From NCBI GenBank assembly GCA_965197905.1, contig CBDAOB010000005.1, forward strand, positions 256,001 to 320,000: 64,000 bases of DNA, written 5' to 3'. Below the pieces are notes generated by a model that worked only from the letters and a program-made list of their open reading frames with translations, made no database searches and was not told the origin of the DNA. This DNA is from Candidatus Latescibacterota bacterium. Lineage in GTDB: Bacteria > Latescibacterota > UBA2968 > UBA8231. Each line of letters opens with the position of its first letter. Position 1 is the stretch's first letter. This document shows positions 22,413-30,426 of the stretch, in pieces. The translations under genes were made by a program, and so were the position numbers.

Positions 22413-23434
22413 GGGCGATGGGCGCGCAGAAACTTGCGGTCGCTGAAGGTCTTGAGGAACGCGACGATCGCTCTCTGTTCCTCGGCGGTCAGGGTATGAC
22501 GCCGCGCCCTGAGCAGTGGATCCGTTCGCGAGGTTCGGTGAAATCCTTCACTGTAGAATCGGAGTACCTCTTCCAGGGTTTGGAATCGACCGTCGTGCAT
22601 ATATGGTGAGGTGAATTCCACGTTGCGCAAGGAAGGTGATTTGAACTTGCCGAGATCGAAGGTGTTGCCGGTTATGGCCGCCAGTCCCGAGTCGGCCGGC
22701 ACCTCATCCAGCCCATTGTTGTGGAACTGATTGTCGGTCAGCAGGACAGTGCCGTGACAATGAAAACAGTCGCCGGTCTCGTTGTTGAAGAGCTCGAAGC
22801 CGAGCTTCTCCTCCTCGCTGTAGTTTTCTTTGCCGTTCAGGAAGTCGTCGAACCGGGACTCGCTGGAAACCAGGGTGCGTTCGAACTGTGCGATCGCTTT
22901 TACCACCCGATCACGGGTGATCTCGCCGTCGCCGAACGCTGCGGCAAAGAGAATCGGGTAGTCAGGGTGCCGGCTGAGTTTTTCTTCCACGTGGCTCCAG
23001 GTTTCGCCCATCTCTACCTGGTTTGCCACCGGCTGCAGCGCTTGCGCCTCGAGGCTCTCCGCTCGTCCGTCCCAGAACAGCGCCGACATCCACCCGGCGT
23101 TGACGATATGCATTGAGTTTCTCCCGGTAACACCGGCGACGCCTTCGCTGAATTGGTCGTTGTCCGTAAACGACGCGTTTGGCAGGTGGCAGCTGCCGCA
23201 TGCTTTGGTGCTATCGATGGAGAGTATAGGATCGAAGAACAGCTTCTTTCCCAGGTCCACCCCCTCTACGGTCATCGGGTTGTCCTCTGGGATAGCCATG
23301 GGCGGGAAATGGTCGGGCCGTATCATGTCCAACGGCGTCGGAGTCGAGGACGACTCGCCCCCCATTCCGCTTTCCTTGCCGTCACATGCGAGCAGCAGGG
23401 CGCACAACAAGATTGGGACGGCGCGCCAAGTCAT
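22409..23434 (-). CDS. Di-heme cytochrome c peroxidase family lipoprotein (MbnH/MauG-like)
   Basis: LGKKLFFD, CGSCH, FWDGRA, CFHCH, FKSPSLRNV, PYMHDGRF. Confidence 0.9.
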   Translation of the reverse strand: MTWRAVPILLCALLLACDGKESGMGGESSSTPTPLDMIRPDHFPPMAIPEDNPMTVEGVDLGKKLFFDPILSIDSTKACGSCHLPNASFTDNDQFSEGVAGVTGRNSMHIVNAGWMSALFWDGRAESLEAQALQPVANQVEMGETWSHVEEKLSRHPDYPILFAAAFGDGEITRDRVVKAIAQFERTLVSSESRFDDFLNGKENYSEEEKLGFELFNNETGDCFHCHGTVLLTDNQFHNNGLDEVPADSGLAAITGNTFDLGKFKSPSLRNVEFTSPYMHDGRFQTLEEVLRFYSEGFHRTSRTDPLLRARRHTLTAEEQRAIVAFLKTFSDRKFLRAHRP

Positions 23435-23443
23435 GGAACTGAA

Positions 23444-23611
23444 TCATTCGTGGTCTTCGTCATGAGCGTCGTGAATGTCGTCCAGGATGAAGACATTGCC
23501 ACCGGTCTCGTGCAGCACCAGCTGGGCGTCGCCGTCGTTGTCGCTACAGCCAAGGAGGCCAAAGGTCAGCCCGATGAGGGCGATACTCATGAAGGTCGAC
23601 GGCAATTTCAA
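23444..23611 (-). CDS. 55-aa His/Asp-tailed lipoprotein, probable internally deleted MbnP-like remnant (not in ORF track)
   Basis: TTG start after AAGGA; MKLPSTFMSIALIGLTFGLLGC-SDNDGDAQLVLHETGGNVFILDDIHDAHDEDHE; lies between the barrel and the MbnH-like gene. Confidence 0.6.
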   Translation of the reverse strand: MKLPSTFMSIALIGLTFGLLGCSDNDGDAQLVLHETGGNVFILDDIHDAHDEDHE

Positions 23612-23647
23612 AGCATGAGAATTCCTTGGAGATTAATATAACGGATA

Positions 23648-24760
23648 TCAGTGATAGAGTGGGAGGTAGTATCCGAGGCCAACGAGCAGATTGGCGTCGG
23701 CGGTAACCTGAACCTGGTTGACGTCTTGGTGGACGGGGTGCTGGTAATACCAGTATGCCGTCAGGTTGTGTAGTGGTTTGACTTCCATCCCCGGGCTGAG
23801 CAGAATCTCGGTTCCACCCGTAGCGTCGGTAAGTTCGCCACTGCGGCCCGGCCGGTGCTGATTGCTCCAGTGACCGACAAGCTGACCGAGCAGTGTGACT
23901 TTACTGGAGACCGGGATATGAAGGCCCAGGTGGGCACTGCGTTCTGCTCCGAAGTGGAAACTTTTGCGCCCCTCGGCGTTGAGCTGCATGGACACGCTGG
24001 CTCGCAAGAGCATCTCTTCTTGGGACGGACCCACCGGATGGGGCAGGCGATAATGGATCGCGGCGCCCGCCAGCAATCCGTACGCCCCTCTGCCTGGCTG
24101 CAAGGTGGGCTCGGCTCGCTGCCTATGCGGGTTTTCCACCGCCGTGGACCCGGTGGGCAGGCGCACACCCAACGTGAGCCCTAATCGGGGGCGTTGAAAC
24201 CCGGGAATGGGTGATTGCCACGCTCCTCGTAGGTTGAGATCCCCGATCCTGGTGAAATCCCATGTTTCCCGGGTGCGGTCCAACGGGTCTTCATGTTTGA
24301 CGGCTTCGCGGCGTCCCGCCTTCGCCGTCGGACCAAATCCCGCCGTCACGCCGCGTTGATCTACAACTTTGTGTCGATGTCCCCCAGCGGACAGATGAAT
24401 ATGGCACCGGTTCACAACGGGTAGTTCGGCTTGGAACGACCAAACCTCACCGAATCGGTACTGCAGCAAGAGGCGGGTATTGCGGTTGAGGGTTTCGATT
24501 TCATCGTGATCGGGTCGGGAGATCTCCCCGAACCCCACCTTCTTCGTTCCGAATCGGGATTGATTTTGGTCTATGCGTTCGAAAACGATCTGCACATCTA
24601 TTCCAGGTTGGGCTGTCTTGGTCGCATTCCCCAACCCGAGGTCACCAAGATCAAGCGGGCAGCTGGACGTGCCGCAGCTTGCTTCCGCGGGGGGCGGCAC
24701 GGGCGTCGCCAGGCTGCCCAGAACCGCGGCGAAGAGAGCTGAGAGCTGGAAGGGCCTCAT
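23648..24760 (-). CDS. Outer-membrane beta-barrel 'transporter' with N-terminal Cys motif
   Basis: Signal peptide, SCGTSSC, HDE, His-rich HIH..GGHRH, IGD...GVRLPTG...LQPGRG, aromatic C-terminus. Confidence 0.7.
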   Translation of the reverse strand: MRPFQLSALFAAVLGSLATPVPPPAEASCGTSSCPLDLGDLGLGNATKTAQPGIDVQIVFERIDQNQSRFGTKKVGFGEISRPDHDEIETLNRNTRLLLQYRFGEVWSFQAELPVVNRCHIHLSAGGHRHKVVDQRGVTAGFGPTAKAGRREAVKHEDPLDRTRETWDFTRIGDLNLRGAWQSPIPGFQRPRLGLTLGVRLPTGSTAVENPHRQRAEPTLQPGRGAYGLLAGAAIHYRLPHPVGPSQEEMLLRASVSMQLNAEGRKSFHFGAERSAHLGLHIPVSSKVTLLGQLVGHWSNQHRPGRSGELTDATGGTEILLSPGMEVKPLHNLTAYWYYQHPVHQDVNQVQVTADANLLVGLGYYLPLYH

Positions 24761-24933
24761 TCGATTATCCTGTTTGGCCTAGCGCGGTCGATGCATTTCA
24801 GACGCCATCGTCTCCCGGTGCCGTAAAAACGTCAGGCCCGTTGGACATACTAGTATCTTGCTTGACAGCCCGGCAGTTGGCAATCAGTATTCCGAACGCA
24901 ATGCCCAAGCTGTAACAATTAAACCTCGAGTAA

Positions 24934-27900
24934 ATGCACCAAGAAATCCACATGCCCAGCGCCCTGGATGAGCTGAAACGCGGATTTGCCCAGCCTCGGG
25001 CCGACTACGGCCCCATCGATTGCTGGTGGTGGGAAGCCGCGCGTTTGGACAAAGAGAAGATGCGGTGGCAGCTGGAAGAGCTCAAAGACAAAGGGGTCGC
25101 CGGGACCTGGTACTATCCGCGCTACATCGGCGAGGAGGATCTGGCCTGCCGGCCCCGCTACTGGACGGAGGAATGGTGGGACCTCACTAAATTCGCTGTC
25201 GAAGAGCACGAGCGCCTCGGGCTGGCCTACTGGTTCAGCGACTGGACGGCCCACGAGTTCATCCAGGAAAAACTGCGGTCGGAGGTGGATGCGAGACCTG
25301 AATTCCACGGCAGGCGCCTCGTTTTCCGCCAGGAGGAGGCGACGGGTCCAGGGCCGCTCGCCCTAAAAATCGACTCCGGAGACGTGGTGCTCGACGCGGC
25401 GGCCTTCCGCACGGCTGGCGGGGGTCTCGACTATGCCACGAGGGTGGATCTGACCGCGGACCTGCAGGACGGCGAACTGCGTTGGAGGGCCGAGTCATCC
25501 GGGTGGATCGTCACCATGGTCTGCGTCGAGCCGTTCGATCTGGATTACATCAACCCCGAGCTGACGGCGCGTTGGATCGAGATCCTACTGGGCACCTACG
25601 AATCCCGCATGGGGCGCCACATGGGCGCCACGATCAAAGCGTTCGGCACCGACGAATGGCGCTTCATGCAGGGTAACGTTCTCTACTCATCCGCGCTGAT
25701 GCAGCGATTTCAGGCTGAAAAGGGATACGATCCTTCCGCCTACCTGGTGGGGCTCTTTCGCGATATCGGCCAGCCGACCGACAAGATCCGCTGCGAGTAT
25801 TACGAGGTGATGTGTTCCGAGATCGCGGAGAATTTCTATCGCCCGTTCGCGGCGTGGCTAGAGGAACGCAACATGCTGTTCACCGAATTCTGTCCGCGCG
25901 GAAAGACGGAGAACCTCCTGGAGCAGACCCACCACTACGGCGATTTCTTCCGCTACATGGGGAGTTACCACATCCCCGGAAACGAGGAACGCTGCCTGAA
26001 GGGCGATCGGGTGCGCAAGTTCCAGGCGAAGCTGGCCAGCTCGATCGCCCACGTGAGCGGCCGCAGTCGGGTAGGACTGTGCGCCTACTGGGGGTCGGGC
26101 TGGGGCCACACCACCCAGGAGAATCTGGCGTGGACCAACGAGAATTACGCCTACGGCATCAACCTCTACAACCGCCACGGCGTGCTCTACAGCACGATGG
26201 CGGGTTGGTATGAGTGGGTGCCCCCGGCGGTGCATTTCCGCCAGCCTTATTGGAAGTACTGGCGCACCTTCACCGAGTATGTGAGCCGGCTCAGCTACCT
26301 GTTGAGTCAAGGCACTCATCGAGCCGATGTGGCGCTGGTCTACCCGCTGGCGACGCTGCATGCAAACTGGGAGGACCGCTGGAAATTCAACAAAACGGCG
26401 GAGACCTTCAGCAAGGCGATGTACGATCTCGCCAAGGCGGTGTACCGCGGCGGCATCGACCTGGATTTCGTGGACGACGCTTCCCTGGGCAACGCTCGCG
26501 TTGACGGCGACAGGCTGGTAATCGCGGAGATGCCGTTTCGCGCGGTTCTGCTGCCTCCCATGACCACGGTTCGCTTGCAAACCATGCGCCTCATCGCCGA
26601 GTTCCACCGCGGCGGCGGCACGGTGGTATGCTTCGGATGCCTGCCCACGGCCTCCGATGAGGGCGGCCGCGGCGATCCGGCGTTGGCGGAACTGTTGGAA
26701 GAGCTCTTCGGCATCTCCTCGAGCGCGGGCGTGCAAAAAACGTTAGAGCGTGAGCGGGTGATGTTTGCGCCAACCGACCTGGACTCGATCCCGGCGATGC
26801 TGACGCGGTCGATCACCCGGGATTTGATTGCGTCTCAAGCGAACGTTTTCCACACCCACCAGATCGTGAACGGAGTCCATCTCTATTACATCTATAATCA
26901 CGCCGCAGATCGCCGTCGCATCGAGCTGGATCTGGACGCCGTCGGGGTTCCCCTGCGCTTCGATGCCGGCAGCGGTCAGGTGGGAGAGATCCACCGATTC
27001 GAGATCTCATCGGACCGGACTCGCGTGAGGCTCGACATGCATGCATTCGAAGGCATTCCGCTGGTCATCGACGGGGGCGGCGAACGCCCCCAGCTTTTGG
27101 AGGACAACCTCGGTGTAGTGGACCGAGTAGAAGAGATGGGTGAGTCGGTTCGCATTTCGGGGACCGATGCGGACGGGGGAGGGAAGCAGGTACGGCTGCG
27201 ACACCGTGGCCGCGAATACGCAGGGGAGCTCGAAGTGGCGGCACCGCCCGCAGCCATCGACCTGGATGGGGCGTGGGATTTCCGTCTGGAGCCGACGATG
27301 AACAATCGCTGGGGCGATTTTCGTTATCCCGCCGCCGACCGCGATATCGGCGCGGAGGTCCGACGGTTTCGCTATCGCGAAGAAGGCGACATCCCCGGAG
27401 AAGAGCTTGGCTGGCACCAGGCCGCCTACGACGACGGCGACTGGAGGCAGGTGACCTACACCCACGGGCCGTACTGGTCGACCCTCGGTCCGATCCCCGT
27501 GGCCGACGACAGCCCGGAAACCACTGCGTTTGTGCACCGAGACCCACCCCTGGAAACGGATCTCGAGGTTGCCGGCACCGTACTCCGGTGGGAACAGTAC
27601 CGCTTTTCGAAGAGGTTCGGGTTCGAGAATCGGAGCTCCGCCGAGGTAACCGCCACGGAGCTGGGGAGCTTGATGGGGGTGCAACCTCATTTCCTGCGGT
27701 TTCCCGCCGTTGAGGCGGCGGCCACCGACATGCCCGATTTCGAGGCGACGCTGGCAGCACCCGAAGCCCGCGCGCAAGACACCCGGAATTCCGCCTCATC
27801 AGGCCAGCGTTACGCGCGCTATTTCCGTACCTGCATAATCGTTCACCACGAAGGTCAGTACACCTTTGACTTTGGAGGGCCTGCCGCCCTGCAGCGGAAG

Positions 27901-28770
27901 GCATGGGTCGACGGAGAAGAGGTGATCTCGAGAGATGCCGCCACGGCGGACGCGAGGTGTGTCGTGGCACTTGGCGCCGGCTCGCACACCGTGCTGTTGC
28001 GCGTGGAGGTGGACGCCACCCAACAGCTGGAAACCTATGCCTTTTTCTATCTCGGAGATCCTCCCGAACACGATCCGCTGATTCCGCAGCTGCAATGGTT
28101 CGACGCACAGGCACCCGACTACGAAGTGAGAACCTCCGGGCAGCTAAACGTCGGTTGGTTTCGCTTCGACGCGCCGCCAGGTCTGCGCGAGATCCGGCTC
28201 AACTGCGATGCGGAACAGGTGGAAGCCTGGGCCAATGGTATTCCCCTGCGTGTGGACGGGAACCGGGCGCATCCGGACCAGATCATCGAAGATCGTTCGG
28301 CGATCGCCCTTCGCGTCCGCCAGCGGAGAGGTGCGTACGAAGGGGCTGCCTTTGTGGAGCCGATAGCGTTCGAGTGTCGTGGGGGTCGGATTCCGGCGGG
28401 CGACTGGTGCGATCATGGTCTGGGGGAATACTCCGGCGGCGCTATCTATCGTCGCACGGTTCGACTGGCGCCGGAGCACCTTTCTGGTGCCGTCTTGCTC
28501 GACCTCGGGACCGCGGCGGCGACCGCGGCTTTGCGGGTGAACGGCAACGAGGCGGGGGTGCGCATGGCGCTGCCGTTTCGCTTCGACATTACCGATCTGG
28601 CGCGACCCGGAGAGAATGAGATCGAGGTATCGGTGGTCAATACCCTCGCCAATCACATGAGCTCCTATCCCACCAACTTTATCTACGAGGGGCAGCTGGT
28701 CTCCGGCTTACTCGGCCCGGTCCGGCTCGAATTCCATGCGCGCTTCGAGATGGACGCGGTTCTCGTTTGA
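24934..28770 (+). CDS. Large glycoside hydrolase (GH106 alpha-L-rhamnosidase-like with GH2-type sugar-binding C-terminus)
   Basis: WWW, YWTEEWW, GTDE, KLASSIAH, WGSGWG, RQPYW, LDLG...VNG...PFRFDIT...NEIEVSVVNT, SGLLGPV. Confidence 0.75.
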   Translation: MHQEIHMPSALDELKRGFAQPRADYGPIDCWWWEAARLDKEKMRWQLEELKDKGVAGTWYYPRYIGEEDLACRPRYWTEEWWDLTKFAVEEHERLGLAYWFSDWTAHEFIQEKLRSEVDARPEFHGRRLVFRQEEATGPGPLALKIDSGDVVLDAAAFRTAGGGLDYATRVDLTADLQDGELRWRAESSGWIVTMVCVEPFDLDYINPELTARWIEILLGTYESRMGRHMGATIKAFGTDEWRFMQGNVLYSSALMQRFQAEKGYDPSAYLVGLFRDIGQPTDKIRCEYYEVMCSEIAENFYRPFAAWLEERNMLFTEFCPRGKTENLLEQTHHYGDFFRYMGSYHIPGNEERCLKGDRVRKFQAKLASSIAHVSGRSRVGLCAYWGSGWGHTTQENLAWTNENYAYGINLYNRHGVLYSTMAGWYEWVPPAVHFRQPYWKYWRTFTEYVSRLSYLLSQGTHRADVALVYPLATLHANWEDRWKFNKTAETFSKAMYDLAKAVYRGGIDLDFVDDASLGNARVDGDRLVIAEMPFRAVLLPPMTTVRLQTMRLIAEFHRGGGTVVCFGCLPTASDEGGRGDPALAELLEELFGISSSAGVQKTLERERVMFAPTDLDSIPAMLTRSITRDLIASQANVFHTHQIVNGVHLYYIYNHAADRRRIELDLDAVGVPLRFDAGSGQVGEIHRFEISSDRTRVRLDMHAFEGIPLVIDGGGERPQLLEDNLGVVDRVEEMGESVRISGTDADGGGKQVRLRHRGREYAGELEVAAPPAAIDLDGAWDFRLEPTMNNRWGDFRYPAADRDIGAEVRRFRYREEGDIPGEELGWHQAAYDDGDWRQVTYTHGPYWSTLGPIPVADDSPETTAFVHRDPPLETDLEVAGTVLRWEQYRFSKRFGFENRSSAEVTATELGSLMGVQPHFLRFPAVEAAATDMPDFEATLAAPEARAQDTRNSASSGQRYARYFRTCIIVHHEGQYTFDFGGPAALQRKAWVDGEEVISRDAATADARCVVALGAGSHTVLLRVEVDATQQLETYAFFYLGDPPEHDPLIPQLQWFDAQAPDYEVRTSGQLNVGWFRFDAPPGLREIRLNCDAEQVEAWANGIPLRVDGNRAHPDQIIEDRSAIALRVRQRRGAYEGAAFVEPIAFECRGGRIPAGDWCDHGLGEYSGGAIYRRTVRLAPEHLSGAVLLDLGTAAATAALRVNGNEAGVRMALPFRFDITDLARPGENEIEVSVVNTLANHMSSYPTNFIYEGQLVSGLLGPVRLEFHARFEMDAVLV

Positions 28771-28820
28771 CACACGCCCTTTACTGGCGATAATTTGGGG
28801 CGACCGAAGGACGTTCTATC

Positions 28821-30413
28821 ATGACTACCACGACCAGCGTCGAATCGGATCTGGGCGACCGCCTGAAGCGGCTCAACGAGATCGGAGTCGCATTGAGCGC
28901 CGAGCGGGACCTCACCGTTCTGTTGGAGCGCATCCTCTACGAAGCCCGGCGTTTCACCCATGCCGACGCCGGCACCCTCTTTCTGGTAGAGGACGATCAT
29001 CTGAACTTTGAAATCGCCCAGAACGACACCCTCCACAGCTTTATGGTCGGGCGCTCCGGCGGCAACCACGTTCCCCCAGTCCCCATCAACAAAGAGAGCG
29101 TTTCGGGGTATGCTGTCGTCACCGGCGAGATCCTCAATATCGAGGATGTCTACACCGACACCGAACACCGCTTCGAAGGTCCCAAGCAGTACGACCGGCT
29201 CAGTGGATACCACACCTCGTCCATGCTCGGGGTGCCCATGAAGGATCACGAAGGCGAGATCATCGGCGTGCTTCAGCTGATCAATGCTACCGATACCGAC
29301 ACCGGCGAGGTGACCGCTTTCACGCTGGCCGATGAAGAGTTGATCCAGTCGCTGGCGTCCCAGGCCGCCGTGGCCATTGAAAACGTCCACCTCATCGGTG
29401 AGATGGAGAAGCTGTTCGAATCGTTCGTCCAGGTGATGGCAACGGCCATCGACGAGCGCTCGCCGTACACCGGCGGTCATATCAAACGGGTGGCCGAGAT
29501 GACGATGGTGGTGGCCAGAGCGGTAAACAGATGCGACGCGGGAACGCTCGCCGATGTCAAATTCGACGAAGACGAAATGAACGAACTCAGGATCGCCGCT
29601 TGGATGCACGATATAGGCAAGATTACCACCCCTGAATGGGTGGTCGACAAACCTACCAAGTTGACCACGATTTACGATCGCATCGACCTGCTGAGAGCGC
29701 GTTTTGCGTTAGTCAGAGCTTCCATCGAAAATGAGCATTTACAACAGAAGCTGGAGTTTCTGGAAGGCGGGAAGAGCGTTCCCGACGAATTCGAGAGCTC
29801 CTACGCCAAACACATTTCCCAGGTCGATGAGGTATTGGAATTTCTCGAGCGGGCGAACACCCCTGGAGAGTTCATGCAGGACGAGGACCTGGAACGGTTG
29901 CGGGAGATCGGGAGTTACAGTTACAGCCTGGCCGGCGATTCACGACCGTATCTCAGCCCTGACGAAATGGAGAATCTGTCCATCCGCAAGGGCAGCCTAA
30001 CCGACGCCGAGCGACAGAAGATCAACGATCACGCCGAGATGAGCATTCGCATGCTCGAGCAGATCCCGTTCACGCGAAAGCTGCAACAGGTCACGCCCAT
30101 TGCCGGGGCCCATCACGAAAAGCTGAACGGCACCGGCTATCCTCGCGGCCTCAAGGCGGACGAGATCAATGTTCAAGCGCGCATTCTGGCGCTGGTCGAT
30201 ATCTTCGAGTCGTTGAGCGCCGACGATCGTCCCTACCGGTCGCGGCCCATGCCGCGGGAGCTGGTGTTGAAAATCCTCCAGGAGGAGGTGGACGCCAACC
30301 ATATCGATGGAGACCTCTTCGCGCTTTTCCTGAAGGAGGAGTTATATCTCGAGCTGGATAAGATCAAAGCGGAAATGGCCCGAGATCGGGAGGAGATTTC
30401 GAACGGCGACTGA
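28821..30413 (+). CDS. GAF + HD-GYP cyclic dinucleotide phosphodiesterase
   Basis: GAF (GVLQLINA), YTGGH, HDIGK, HHEKLNGTGYPRGL, DRPY. Confidence 0.92.
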   Translation: MTTTTSVESDLGDRLKRLNEIGVALSAERDLTVLLERILYEARRFTHADAGTLFLVEDDHLNFEIAQNDTLHSFMVGRSGGNHVPPVPINKESVSGYAVVTGEILNIEDVYTDTEHRFEGPKQYDRLSGYHTSSMLGVPMKDHEGEIIGVLQLINATDTDTGEVTAFTLADEELIQSLASQAAVAIENVHLIGEMEKLFESFVQVMATAIDERSPYTGGHIKRVAEMTMVVARAVNRCDAGTLADVKFDEDEMNELRIAAWMHDIGKITTPEWVVDKPTKLTTIYDRIDLLRARFALVRASIENEHLQQKLEFLEGGKSVPDEFESSYAKHISQVDEVLEFLERANTPGEFMQDEDLERLREIGSYSYSLAGDSRPYLSPDEMENLSIRKGSLTDAERQKINDHAEMSIRMLEQIPFTRKLQQVTPIAGAHHEKLNGTGYPRGLKADEINVQARILALVDIFESLSADDRPYRSRPMPRELVLKILQEEVDANHIDGDLFALFLKEELYLELDKIKAEMARDREEISNGD

Positions 30414-30426
30414 ACGCCGGGTCGAA

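Noticed and set aside
17845..24760. Methanobactin biosynthetic cluster
   Set aside because: No MbnA precursor, MbnB or MbnC; only MbnP/MbnH-like accessory genes.
24847..24890. ATACTAGTAT palindrome and TTGACA as a metal-regulator site or divergent promoter
   Set aside because: A 10-bp palindrome with no recognisable regulator consensus, and the -10 matches are poor.
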